A stretch of 36,086 bases of DNA, from contig NW_021836432.1 of assembly GCF_006345805.1 (NCBI RefSeq), positions 1 to 36,086 on the forward strand, read 5' to 3'. The DNA is from Octopus sinensis. Lineage: Eukaryota. The position numbers and the translations under genes were made by a program. The notes beneath the pieces are model-generated. The model ran no database searches, had not been told where the DNA came from, and saw only the letters and a program-made list of their open reading frames with translations. Below are positions 10,363-23,674 of the stretch, piece by piece. Position 1 is the first letter of the stretch. Every line of letters begins with the position of its first letter.

Positions 10363-11551
10363 GAAAGAGAGAGAGAGAGAGGAGGTAACTGACATTTGGC
10401 TGCTATTTCTAGCAGAGCGAAAAACAACGAAGTGGCTCGTTTGTGGGCTATGAAAAATATATTGTCATAGTTATAGTCAAGAGGTAACTGACATATATTA
10501 ATATCGACCAATGATAGCCAGGAGTTCAAACGTTTTATGTCATCGAAATCTAACTTGTTATTTGATGTTATATCTCCTTGAAGAAAATTCATTAAAGACT
10601 CAGATATTATCTATGGAAAACCAATAGCTAGAGTTATTTTTTTTATTGAAATATCGCAAAATGGAATTACATTATATTTTCACTGATTCTGAAGCTAATT
10701 TCTCTCTTCGCTTGCTACACAATATTCTTGCCTAAAAGCTAGGACCCCACCGCCAACACACCATCAAATTTATCGGGAAAAATGTATAGAATCAGCCATT
10801 AGTATTAGAAGTGTTGTAAAACCATCTTATCATATAGTATGTAATTTTTTTTTATATTAACTAAAATAGAATAAAAAATATATAACATTTCGTCTTTAGA
10901 AATATTATTCACCGAAAGTAGAGCAACAATATTTTGCAACACAAGTAGGGTTTTCGCACGGAATATCTCAAGCTAATAACAGACTTACGGCAATAATAGA
11001 CATTTTCCATTTGCAAGAAACATATTTTCGAGAATCCTTTTATGTTATGTAGAGAAAATTCTAAATTCTAAATTGACAAAATGTGATGTTTTCTCTCTTT
11101 TTCTTCTCTCTCTTTTTTTTTCGGTTTTTTTTTGCGTATTCTTTTATAAAGGTGCGCAGGTTCTCTAGTTCTCTATTATATCAATATTTGATAAAAAATA
11201 ATAATAATATTTTTTCAAAGACTATTACTTTGAAATTCCTCTCTGACTACCAAACGTCGGTACCTGTTGAAAATTTTCCAATATTCAATTATCATACCTA
11301 CCTACCTACTTGCATACATACACTTACATACATACATATACATATGTGGTTGAGTATATTTATGTATGTATATCTATCTATATATATACATATATATACA
11401 CGCATACAGACACACACATATATATGTATGTATATATAATATATATATGTATATATATAGATATCTGTGTGTGTGTGTGTGTATGTATATATATATATAT
11501 ATTCAAACGTCAGTACATGTTGAATAATTTCCAATATGCAATTATCATACA

Positions 11552-11651
<100 letters not shown>

Positions 11652-11850
11652 CGTTTCCTAAATACAACAATATATATATGTATATGTGTGTGTGTGTGTG
11701 TTTGTGTGTGTGTGCGTGTGTGTGTTTGTTTCTGCGATTACTGCAGAGAATTTATCATGTTTTAACGTTAATATAGAATGGGAAACTATCAGATTTTCTA
11801 AACTGCCGCAGCATACAGGAATTTTTTGTATATAAAATGATCTGTGATAA

Positions 11851-11878
11851 ATCATCATCATTATTATTATTATTATTA

Positions 11879-11916
<38 letters not shown>

Positions 11917-11969
11917 CATTATTATCATCATTATATTTATTTTATTATATTTTATTATCATTATTATTA

Positions 11970-12062
<93 letters not shown>

Positions 12063-12184
12063 CATTATTATTAGTATTATTATTATTATATTATTATTAT
12101 TATATTATTATTATTATTATTATCATTATCATATCATTATCATCATTATTATTATTATTATCATTATTATTATTATTATTATTA

Positions 12185-12242
<58 letters not shown>

Positions 12243-12928
12243 CATCATTATTATTGTTCTTCTTCTTCTTCTTCTTCTTATTATTATTATTATTATTATT
12301 GAGTGAGAGAGCAGTTCATGCCATCAAAGTGACACTGGGGTAAAATATACGAAGCCCAATATACCCATCATGACTACCCGTCTGATAAGGGTACACCAGG
12401 CACATGCATCACAACCATATGTGCGCGACATGGTGATCTCATATCAAGATAAACAGCACATGACCTTGCGGTGGGGCCCAGTTAGAATTTTCTTCAGGTG
12501 TGAGTAGCCCATCCCGCTCAAACGGTCCCTGAATAAGGGTTGTTTAAGGATGTTGAAAGAACCACCCATGTTTCCAGAGGTGAACTATTCAAACCCCAAA
12601 GAATCCTCTCAACACATGGCTATGATGCTCCCCCACTCTTCTGCTCGTGATCAGAGATGCACATATCGTCAGCCACTAAGGGACATGCTCAACTGGTTAA
12701 GGTCAAACAACTGACAAGCAAATCTGTGGTATTGAGCAGAATATTTGCTGTAGCCCATCTTTTATACCAAGACAAAACAATGTACATGATAACACTTCCA
12801 ATCAGTTAAGATCAGAAGCCATGAGAGCCACTGCCTGGTACTGCATTATTATTATTATTATTATATTATTATTATTATTATCATTATTATCATTATTATT
12901 GTTGTTGTTCTTCTTCTTCTTCTTCTTC

Positions 12929-12959
<31 letters not shown>

Positions 12960-12984
12960 GTTGTTGTTGTTCTTCTTCTTCTTC

Positions 12985-13019
<35 letters not shown>

Positions 13020-13132
13020 TTATCATTATTATCATTATTATTGTTGTTGTTGTTGTTGTTCTTCTTCTATTATTATTATTATTATTATTATCATTATTAT
13101 CATTATTATTGTTGTTGTTGTTCTTCTTCTTC

Positions 13133-13219
<87 letters not shown>

Positions 13220-13220
13220 C
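11851..13220. repeat. Large (TTA)n/(TCA)/(TTC)/(TTG) trinucleotide array interrupted at 12301-12846
   Basis: Directly visible; source of poly-I/L/Y/N ORFs. Confidence 0.95.
12301..12846 (-). mobile_element. ~545-bp insert within (TTA)n, probably the 3' UTR of a (TAA)n-targeting non-LTR retrotransposon (R4/Dong-like)
   Basis: Balanced-composition block with sharp (TTA)n boundaries on both sides and no long ORF. Clade and strand are inferred from the known (TAA)n targeting of Dong elements. Confidence 0.55.
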
Positions 13221-13688
13221 ATCTATCGACAGAATGAAACAAAACAAATATCTTTTAACTGTTTAATCTGGCTTTAAATTGTTTGAAATGGCCAATAAAC
13301 TGAATGGAATATAAAACGCATTCTTGTCAAAGCGAATAAACGGAAAAAAATAGCTGGAAGTGGGGAAAAAGCGATAATTTGCATTTCTTTAGCAGATGAG
13401 AATCGAAAACGACGAAACGGAGAGGAAATAGGAAATTTCTTTATTTTAACATTTATAATAAATGGTCGACGCATTCCGAATATGATGTATATATTATTGT
13501 AGAAAATAAGTATTTTCTTTCAATTAAGGATAAAATAAAGTCTGACGCTAACGTCTGCTGCTATTAAGAAAATATTGGTGTAACAGTAAAGCGATTGGGG
13601 AAATACTATAAAGGTGAGGTATTCGACATACTAAATATTCGTAAGGTAGAGCCGTATAGATACGTGCCTGTGTATATACGTGTATGCG

Positions 13689-13906
13689 AAAGGCGGCGAG
13701 CTGGCAGAACCGTTAGCACGCCGGGCGAAATGCGTAGCTGTATTTCGTCTGCCGTTACGTTCTGAGTTCAAATTCCGCCGAGGGTCCTTTCGGGGTCGAT
13801 AAATTAAGTACCAGTTACGCACTGGGGTCGATGTATCCGACTTAATCCTTTTGTCTGTCCTTGGTTGTCCCCTCTGTATTTAGCCCCTTGTGGGTAGTAA
13901 AGAAAT
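13689..13906 (+). mobile_element. SINE family B with target-site duplication
   Basis: Family B head and tail; tatatacgtgtat occurs on both sides (13673-13685 and 13908-13920). Confidence 0.9.
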
Positions 13907-13979
13907 ATATATACGTGTATACGTTTGTTTGTGTGTACGTATGTATGCATATGCGGTATTACTACTCCGTCTGTTATGG

Positions 13980-14343
13980 GGAGCACCGCCTTTAATCGAG
14001 CAACTCGACCCCGGGACTTATTCTTTGTAAGCCCAGTACTTATTCTATCGGTCTCTTTTTGCCGAGCCGCTAAGTGACGGGGACGTAAACACACCAGCAT
14101 CGGTTGTCAAGCAATGCTAGGGGGACAAACACAGACACACAAACACATACACACACATATATATATATATACATATATACGACAGGCTTCTTTCAGTTTC
14201 CGTCTACCAAATCCTCTCACAAGGCATTGGTCGGCCCGGGGCTATAGCAGAAGACACTTGCCCAAGATGCCACGCAGTGGGACTGAACCAGAACCATGTG
14301 GCTGGTTAGCAAGCTACTTACAACACAGCCACTCCTGCGCCTA
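13980..14343 (-). mobile_element. SINE family A, lacking the extreme 3' end
   Basis: Reverse complement of the family consensus from the head taggcgcaggagtggctgtg to ggcggtgctcc. Confidence 0.92.
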
Positions 14344-14807
14344 TCTGTATATAGTTTATAGACGAAAGAGATATTCCCCGGCATAGAATACATTTCGTAG
14401 TGGTCAAGAGATTCAAACTTGACCAGATAAAGGAATAAATGCAAGGATATTCGAGTTAAGCAAGTCGATATACAAAAAAATATGAAATATCGACTTGCCT
14501 TACTGTGTTATCCTTATATTGACCTTCATTCACACGGAGTAGAACTTTCCAAATAGATGTTTATTTCTTGTTTTTTGAAGAGTTTGTTGTGTATGTGGCA
14601 CCTTATATATTGATACTGTGTGGTTAACTGAGAATCTACCTAGAGCTAGAATAATACTTATTCAAATATATATACATGTGTGTATATATAAGTGCGCATA
14701 TATAATATATGTACACGTATATATCTACATATATACATAGGTATATATATATATATGTGAATATATATGAGCGTATATATATATAATATAGATATATCAT
14801 ATACATG

Positions 14808-14924
<117 letters not shown>

Positions 14925-15080
14925 GTGAGGCATTTATGTATAGTATGGCCTTAATATAAATATATATTTAAGAGGAATAATTGATGGATTTTTCCCTTAT
15001 GAGGTTTTTCACGCTAACTACTTGATAAATTCTTATAATGATTTTATCCTATTTTTCAATTATATATATATATATATATA

Positions 15081-15276
15081 TAGTAATCCGTTGCCATAGT
15101 GTAGTTCACCTATCGCGGTTTGATTCCACCGTATTATTTTGCAACTATAATAAAACATATACAAATTATAAAAATAATAAAAAAGCATACAGTACAGTAT
15201 TGTTTCTACTTCGCGGATTTTCACCTATCGCGGAGGTCTTGGCAACGTAACACCCGCGATATTCGAGGGATTATTG
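15081..15276. mobile_element. Tigger/pogo-like MITE in (TA)n
   Basis: Termini TA|tagtaatccgttg ... cgagggattattg|TA resemble CAGTAATCCCTCG-type TIRs; internal repeat ttcacctatcgcgg occurs twice. Confidence 0.7.
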
Positions 15277-15339
15277 TATATATATATATATTTGGAAGTT
15301 ATTTACAATGGCCAGTTATAGAGTGACCATTGTTTTCGC

Positions 15340-15422
15340 GAATAAGTCCCGGGGTCGATTTGCTCGACTAAAGGCGGTGCTCCAGCATGGCCGCAGTCAA
15401 ATGACTGAAACAAGTAAAAAGA
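15340..15422 (+). mobile_element. SINE family A, 3' terminal fragment
   Basis: Near-identical to the 3' ends of 4847-5293 and 6745-7143. Confidence 0.9.
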
Positions 15423-16084
15423 AATTTATAGGTGTTTATGTATTTGTGTATGAGTGTATGTATAGCAAGTTATCTGTGCGTGTGTAGAATCTAATGCTTA
15501 CCTTATCATGCAATCGCTGAAATATCTCGATGCTTTACTGGTTAGAAGAAAATTGGTTTATAAATCGGATTTTAATGTCATCTGAAGTATTGAAGATATG
15601 ATGATGAAAGCAAACTCAAACCGCATATTTGATAGAAATCGAGAGATTGTGACGTCATAATAGAAATACAGCAGAACCTCTCGAAGAAATTATCCAAAAA
15701 GAACTGTGAATTATTATATCATTTCCTCCCTTTAATATTCTTAGTTGAAAAATCAGAATTGAAATGACGTCATAAAAGAATATTTTACGAATTCTACAAA
15801 ATGACATTTTTAATGAAATTATTGGAATTCATGAAAATCCTTTGTTACTTTTTTACATTTGGTTTGCCAGATTCTTGATGTGGATTCGTGGCTTGAAACA
15901 AATTTTGTTGTTTATTGAGAGATACATTACACCAATATTGATAACACACTCACCGGTTCGCTATCAAGAGGCTAATAATAAAGAAGCGGTATTGTGTCAG
16001 TGCGGGTGCTCTTATTGACGAAATGACCCTCCCAAGACACAAAACTTTGTTAATTTACAAAACAAAAACCTAAAAATTTAGCTT

Positions 16085-16315
16085 TGATTGAAGTACAAAG
16101 CCAACAGTTTTGAGGGGAAAGGGCTTAGTCGCTACCACCGAAACCAGTTCGCGATGGGTACTTTATTATATCGACCCACAAGAGATGAAGGGAAAAGCCG
16201 ACCCCAAGAGATGAAGGAAAAAGTTGACCTCGTTGGGAATTTGAACTCAGAAAGTAAACAACTCTTACTGGATACGATCAACCTCAGTACATTACTGGTA
16301 CCTTTTTATTGACCT
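16085..16315 (-). mobile_element. SINE family B, diverged and partly duplicated
   Basis: ggtacttta..tcgaccc..gatgaagg.aaa..gacc..ggaatttgaactcagaa. Confidence 0.7.
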
Positions 16316-16507
16316 TGGGGTTGAAACTCAAATTTGAGTTTGTTGGGCTTTTCCTGCATCTCTATCCCTTTTGTGCATCAGGTACTCGGTTGATATTTCC
16401 TGTTTTATGGATTGCAAACATATACCCTTCGGAGTGAAATGTAGTAATCCGGCTATTGGTTCATGATAAACGGCTTTCATGTTTAATAGTACTACCATCT
16501 CGGGCCT

Positions 16508-16960
16508 TTGTATGAATGTATGTACGTATGTATGTATGTATGTATGTACGTATGTATGTATGTATGTATGTATGTACGTGTGTGTGTATGTATGTATGTA
16601 TGTATGTATGTATGTATGTATGTTTATCCGAATTTAGAAATATATTACGTATGTGTGAATGTATGTATGTATGTATGTATGTACGTATGTATGTTTGTAT
16701 GTATGTATGTGGATAGGTGGATGTGTATTTATTTTTCTGTTAATCCACACAGCTTTACAGCTGCTCTTGGTTTATACACCCTCTTACCTAGTTGTTCGCC
16801 AAAAGAAAACGATACAATAAGTACAAGTTTTTAAAAAAACAACGAAATGAAAACCAGATAACTGGGGTCAATTTTTTTCCACCTAAAATCGTTCAATTGG
16901 GTGCCCTAGCATGGCTGCAGTTCAATGGTTGAAACGAGTTAAACAATAAAAGATTAAAGA
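16508..16960 (+). mobile_element. (TATG)n array followed by a diverged SINE family A 3' half
   Basis: gttcgccaaaagaaaacgatacaataagtac..actggggtcaat..gtgccctagcatggctgcagt. Confidence 0.75.
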
Positions 16961-18007
16961 TTGACGTTTCTGTAAACGGTTAACAACGGTTCCTAGTAAA
17001 ACCATGTGTTCCATCGCAACAAAGAAAATTCGACTAAGGTGATGTCAAACCCAACAATTCCCTCCTTTGTATAAGAATCACTTTCCATGCGTTTAACGAT
17101 TTTTCCTAAGATTCTAACCATTCTTCTTAAAGTTCAATTAGCATCAGAAGCAATTCTTCCATAGTTTATTTCGTAGTAGTCGCAGAATCTTAAATACTTG
17201 GTTTTATTTTTCTAATCTCGAATGAATCCCTTCTATGCTTTTTATCCAATAAACATTTCATTATCATTGAACGTCCAGCAGTTTCTTTAATCACAGACTA
17301 ACTTCCACGGGCTATCAAACGAAATAGGATATCTGAAAACATAATAACGAGATGCCAAAATCCAAATAATCGATTTCAGACTCTTTTTCGTTTCTATTTT
17401 CTTTTAATTATTTTACCTTCCGAAATTGGAATAGTTTTTCAGTTTCGTTGCAAAACGCTGCGGCGTCCATCTATTTTTCACCCAATTTCATTGCCAGAAC
17501 ATTTTCAAAGTCGTATATCTTACATTTGTGGTCGAGTTACCATTAACCCGCCACCAAGCAGACTACTAATGCATTCTGGTATCAGAATACTATAATTATT
17601 GAAAACGAAAAACAAAAAGTACCATTTTGTTTTGCTTTTTTTTTAAAACTGTTTTTCGTTTTTCGTTTTCTGTCTTCTCTTTCTTGTAACGTTCTACGCT
17701 GGTGATGTATCGGCTGAAAATAGATTTCGCTAATAAAAATTTGTTTTGGTAACTGAATTACAATTAGAAAAAGAAAATTTATATCACTCGTTCTCACAGC
17801 ATGAAAGAAATTATTCCTCTTTTCGCTTTTTTCTTCCTTGATGATGACAGAGCTGAATTTCCAATTAATTCAACGATAATTGGTTGGCATTTGTCAACCC
17901 TGTCTTAATTTCGGCCAGCATGTGGTATCTTTCATCAATAAATGCATTTCGTTGATTTTTTTTGTTTGTTTTACTTCTCGGAGTTGTAACTATTTATCTC
18001 TTGTCGT

Positions 18008-18245
18008 TTACTCGTTTCAGTCACTGGACTGCGGCCATGCTGGGGCTCCGCCTTCAAGAGCCTTCAGTCATCGCAGACTTCGCCTCCGGCACATATTTTT
18101 AAGTGTTGCACTTATTATATCGGTCTCTTTCTTCCGAACAGCTAGTTTATGGACACGTAAACAAAACAGCACCGGTTCTCAAGTAGAGGTGGAGAACAAA
18201 CATAAACATACAGAGATAGATACACACACACACACACACACACAC
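18008..18245 (-). mobile_element. SINE family A, diverged 3' half
   Basis: tttcagtcactggactgcggccatgctgggg..cggtctctt..ccgaacagcta..gtaaac. Confidence 0.8.
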
Positions 18246-18407
18246 ATAAATGTGTAGGCCTGATCGACTAGCTAGCGTGGTGCATTGTTTCAAAGCTAAA
18301 ACGATGCAAGAATGTATTGTGACCAGCGGTGTATAACAGCATCTGAGAGTCTGGTCAATCACGTGTGATATATATATATACATACATATACAGTACATAT
18401 ATATGTG

Positions 18408-18483
<76 letters not shown>

Positions 18484-18727
18484 CATATGTATATATATAT
18501 ATACATGTACAAAATGTAAGATTGGAGTTATACTCCCTAATATTATTATTATTATATACACACACATATATATATATATATACATATACATACATATATA
18601 TATATAAATCCTTAAATCCTTAAAAATGTTTTAGCCCGAAGGCCGCGGCCATGCTGGGGCACCAGCATGCATATATACATACGTTTATGTAAATACTTAC
18701 ATCTATACGTATCTATATATGTATATG

Positions 18728-19080
18728 TAGGCACAGGACGTCATGAAGCGTGTACAACAACAAAAAATAGGAAGTACGAGTACATGGAATATGAACTATT
18801 TTTTTGAACAACGAAAGAGACAAATGGAAAACAAGGCAAACAACATAAAGAACGACCCTTCATCAGTTGTTGGCTGTTTTTCTAGTCTCGTATTTCGAGC
18901 ATTTAACAACAACATACGCTTTCGATAAAAGAATTGCACCAGCAAAGCAAATTAAATAAAATTTGGGATTTTGCGGGGGTTCAAAATAGGTAACACAAAC
19001 AGGACAGTGAAAACAAACAGGAAGGGCTGCTAAGCTTAACGAGCTGGCGAATGTGTAATCCAGCTAGAACAGAGACATGT
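18728..19080 (-). mobile_element. (TA)n-bounded PLE-like fragment (family P2) with degenerate hammerhead-like motifs
   Basis: Homologous to 26003-26175 (acatggaata.gaact..gacccttcatcagttgttggctgtttttcta..tcgtatttcgagcattt). Minus strand has TCGAA-agcgt..atgctc-GAAA then CTGATGA. Confidence 0.6.
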
Positions 19081-19124
19081 ATATATATATGGCATATATG
19101 TAAGATACTATATGTATATATATA

Positions 19125-19161
<37 letters not shown>

Positions 19162-19180
19162 CGTATACGTATATGTATAC

Positions 19181-19217
<37 letters not shown>

Positions 19218-19222
19218 ATATA

Positions 19223-19260
<38 letters not shown>

Positions 19261-19270
19261 TATATAATAG

Positions 19271-19520
19271 TATAGGAGAGTTTACGAAAAAGCAAAAGAC
19301 GAAGACAGGTGGTGTACAAAACAAACAGATGTATTAGTATAACGCTCAGGAATAGAAAAAGTCTTTTACGTTTCGAGCCTACGCTCTTCTACAGAAGGGA
19401 CACAGACAAAAAAGAGAGAAAAAAATGTGTGTAGTAGCTGACGATCTATCATGGCGACTGACTCGGACAGAAGGGTCACACACGAGAGGGAAAGTAGGGG
19501 AGATAACAAAGTAAAGGTGA
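19271..19520 (-). mobile_element. PLE-like family P1 copy with variant hammerhead at 19363-19398
   Basis: Minus strand reads ctt-CTGTAGAA-gagc-gtag-gctc-GAAA-CG-TA-aaag; homologous to the 2655 and 4641 copies. Confidence 0.7.
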
Positions 19521-19744
19521 CCCCCCCCCCAACACGAAGGTGCGTGTTTGTATAAGAGAGTGTGTATGTGCGTATGAAAGAGGTTTGGTGGTCTGGACGT
19601 GTGCGTGTATGTATGTGTAGGTGTGAAAATGTGGGGATGGGTGTGTATATACATATAATTTATATATATATATATATATATATATACAAAAAGACGCAAA
19701 ACCTATCACTAAGTCACACCTAAAAGCCTATTATTTTTTTGTCA

Positions 19745-19892
19745 TCCATCTTCCGCCTATAAAATCCATTCGCAAGACATTGCTCGGCCCGAGGCTAGAA
19801 GTAGAAGACGCTTGCCCAAGATAGTGCCTGTGGGACTGAACCCCAAACCACGTAGACGCAAAGCGAGTTTCTTAACCACATAGCCATGCCTA
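19745..19892 (-). mobile_element. SINE family A, diverged 5' half
   Basis: cggcccgaggcta..agaagacgcttgcccaag..tgggactgaaccc..ttaaccacatagcca. Confidence 0.8.
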
Positions 19893-20393
19893 CCACAATA
19901 GTTGAATATTAGAAGAGAAATCTAATTTTGCGGATCATTTACCTGAAATTCACAACCATTGGAAGATGTCAGAAGGAACCAAGCATGTACCATTTTATAT
20001 TTAGCAGAGTAGCCCGAACTGATATATTTTGGGGCGACACCTACTGGGGAGATATTTCCATCTTGGATGGTGGTGTTTTTAACAAGATATTTCCCGTGTC
20101 TGGGAACATCTCCGTAAAAAATTTCGCCATAGAGAATGAGTCACTGTGAGAAATATTCGGTGTATGAACAATGACAGAGCGTATTATATCAGCAATCTTT
20201 TAGAATAATAAAACAAGTAATGATAAAAGGTTTTAGAAAAACATTGAATAAGTAAGTCTTTAGTCAATGTCAATCATGAATAAAGTGTGAGGAGGTCAAT
20301 TAAAATGAATTTTCTTACGGTGAATTTCCTGCAACAAAAATGTTTGTATTGAAATTTCCTAAAACCGTTTTCAAACATATCAAACGTTTGATA

Positions 20394-20795
20394 TCTTTAT
20401 ATATAAAAGTGAAGTTTTGTGTCTGTCTCCTACGATTTAGATTCCTAACTACTCCCACATTTTGCGGTGCAGTTTAACCAAAACCGGGTATCTTATAGTC
20501 GTGATTCATATCGAGCCCTTCTGGTATTAGCGCAGCGCGCGTCTACGATGAGTCTACGATTTCAAAAAAAAATTACCATAATTTTTTTTCCATTTTAATG
20601 CATTTTTTCGCTATTATATAAGGGAAGTAACTCTCTAAAATGTCTACGATGAGTCAACGATTTTAAAAAAAAATTTACCATCATTTTTTTCCATTTTTAA
20701 TGCATTTTTTTGCTATTTTTTGGCTATAAATCTCTAAAAATACTTATATAGTTATTTCCCTTACAAACCCGAGTAACGCCGGGCGATACTGCTAG
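20394..20795 (+). mobile_element. Complete non-autonomous Helitron
   Basis: A|TCTTTATATATAAA 5' end; subterminal hairpin cccg-agtaacgc-cggg (20768-20783), then CTAG|T 8 nt later; no TSD; internal ~100-bp tandem duplication (20541-20641 and 20642-20740). Confidence 0.88.
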
Positions 20796-21159
20796 TACTT
20801 TATATTATGGTTTATATGTATATCTTATGGTTGTACAACGAACAAATCGCGTATCCTTTCAAAAGTTTGATTCCATATTTTACAAACCGATCCAAATTCC
20901 TATAATTTTTGCCAATGCTTGCTACAAATGCCATATTCTTTGGATTCTCTATTAGGATGGAACTACTCTGTTTTCTCTTGAAAGAAAGCAAAAACAAGAA
21001 GAAACATCACAAAGAAAAACATCCTAAAAATATAGGTTCCTTTCATCGATGACAACATTTTATCTCCAGCGTTTTAATTCTTTTATATAACAAATATTTT
21101 TAGCTTTTACTATTTAATGTTAATATTATTATGAATTAGCAGTTAATAATTCTATTATT

Positions 21160-21166
21160 TTTGTTA

Positions 21167-21251
<85 letters not shown>

Positions 21252-21506
21252 GTTGTTGTTGTTAGTTATTGCTCTTGTTGCAGTTGTGGTTGTTGGTGAC
21301 GTTGTCGTCGTTGTTGTTGGTGGTGAAGGTGGTGGTGGTGGTGGTGGTGGTGGTGTGGTGCTTTGGTGGTGGTGTGGTAATGGTGGTGGTGGTGGTGGTT
21401 ACTTTAACGAAAAATAAAAATAAAAATATCCATATTATTAGGAAAAAGAATCATCACCACCATCATCGTCATCAGCATCATCAGCGTCACCATCATCACG
21501 CTAATT

Positions 21507-21543
<37 letters not shown>

Positions 21544-21584
21544 CCACCATCATCATCATCATCGTCATCATCACCACCACCATT

Positions 21585-21624
<40 letters not shown>

Positions 21625-21638
21625 CCACCACCACCACC

Positions 21639-21672
<34 letters not shown>

Positions 21673-21780
21673 TCATAATCACCATCATTATCAAGTTCAT
21701 CGTCATCATCATCATTCTTCTTATTATTATTTTTATTATTATACTATTATTATTGTTGTTGTTATTGTTTATTATTATTA

Positions 21781-21812
<32 letters not shown>

Positions 21813-21898
21813 CATTATTATTATTATTATTATTATTATTAATCAGTATTATTATTATTATTATTATCATCATCATCCGCATTACTATCATATATTAT

Positions 21899-21940
<42 letters not shown>

Positions 21941-22041
21941 TTTTATTATTATTATTATCAGTATTATTATTATAATTGTCATCATTATCATCCTCAGTAC
22001 TATCATCATCATTATCATTATTATTATATTATTATTATTAC

Positions 22042-22087
<46 letters not shown>

Positions 22088-22546
22088 CATCATCATCCTC
22101 ATTAACTATCATCATCATTATCATTATTATTATTTATTATTATTATTATTATCAGTATTATTATACCATCATCATTGCTATCATAATCATCATCATCATC
22201 GTTATTATTATGTTATTATTATTATTATCATAATCATCATCGTCATCATAATTAATATCATCATTATCACCATCATCATCATCATCATCATTATTATTAT
22301 TATCATTATTATTATTATTATCATTATTATTATTACCATCATCATTGCTATCATAATCATCATCATCATCGTTATTATTTGTTATTATTATTATTATTAT
22401 CATCATCATCATCATCATCGTCATCATAATTAATATCATCATTATCACCATCATCATCATCATCATCATTATTATTATTATTATTATTATTATCATTATT
22501 ATTATTACCATCATCATTGCTATCATCATTATCACCATCATCATCA

Positions 22547-22610
<64 letters not shown>

Positions 22611-22666
22611 CATTATTATTATTACCATCATCATTGCTATCATCATTATCACCATCATCATCATCA

Positions 22667-22722
<56 letters not shown>
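21160..22722. repeat. 1.5-kb compound trinucleotide array (TTA, TTG, TGG, CAC, CAT) with higher-order units
   Basis: Directly visible; taccatcatcattgctatcat recurs four times between ~22164 and 22643. Confidence 0.95.
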
Positions 22723-23411
22723 TATGCGTTTTATTTTATTTATTGTTTCTATCTTCATTCAAATGCCGTTCCTGTGCTTCTCTCTCCTCCATGTTGCCTA
22801 AATAACAATTGCTTTATGCGCGAACGCATGTTTGTGTTTTGTGGGTTTCAATTTTCGTTGAGTTTTTTTCCTTTGTGACACCAACTTCGATCTGCATTTC
22901 CAGTGTTGTGTCGCACGTAGAAATGACCATCGCAATACTCTCCCCAATACCCCACCCTCCCCACTCTCTTTCTCTTTCTCTCCCTCAACCTCTCTATCCT
23001 TTCTTCTCTATCTCCCCCTTTCTATCTTCCTCCAAATCTCACATCTTTTTCGAATAGTTAACACGCAATAATTGCTTCCTTGTTCATGCTTAATATGGCG
23101 ACTTTGCGCGATATTATCATATTTTGCACTGGCTGCACTTCAAAGAAACCGACTCGTAATGCTTTAACTGTGACTAAAAATAGTAATTTTTAACTAATAT
23201 CATTTTTTTGACAACAGCTAAAGTACCAGCAACTATCTGAGTTATATAACTCTTATAATTATATGATTTCATTCTGGCAAACGCCGCCATTATTGTAGCT
23301 CGTTGGTTCGATAAAGAAATTAAATTAATGGCGGATTGGAGTAAACGCTTCATTTTAATTCCGATGTTCTTCACACGGATTTGGAATTTCATCGTTTTCG
23401 GCGTCGAGTCG

Positions 23412-23498
23412 ACAAGTACCAGTTAGACACTGGGGTCGATCTAATCGAGAACTCTCCTTCCCCAAAATTTCAGGTCTTGTGTATAATGTAGAAAGAAT

Positions 23499-23539
<41 letters not shown>

Positions 23540-23540
23540 G
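23412..23540 (+). mobile_element. SINE family B variant, 3' fragment with (CTA)n tail
   Basis: aagtaccagtt..cactggggtcgatctaatcga..cccaaaatttcaggtcttgtg..gtagaaagaatta(cta)n. Confidence 0.75.
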
Positions 23541-23585
<45 letters not shown>

Positions 23586-23595
23586 TATATAGATA

Positions 23596-23636
<41 letters not shown>

Positions 23637-23638
23637 AG

Positions 23639-23673
<35 letters not shown>

Positions 23674-23674
23674 C

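Noticed and set aside
10382-10494. 14-bp direct repeat gaggtaactgacat flanking ~85 bp
   Set aside because: Probably the TSD of a small truncated insertion; it cannot be classified and is unremarkable.
16324-16341. 18-bp perfect palindrome aaactcaaatttgagttt
   Set aside because: Short, AT-rich and next to rearranged SINE fragments; no independent support.
21269-22105. 278-aa ORF with a signal-peptide-like start and poly-His
   Set aside because: Entirely trinucleotide microsatellite; open only because the repeats lack stops in that frame.
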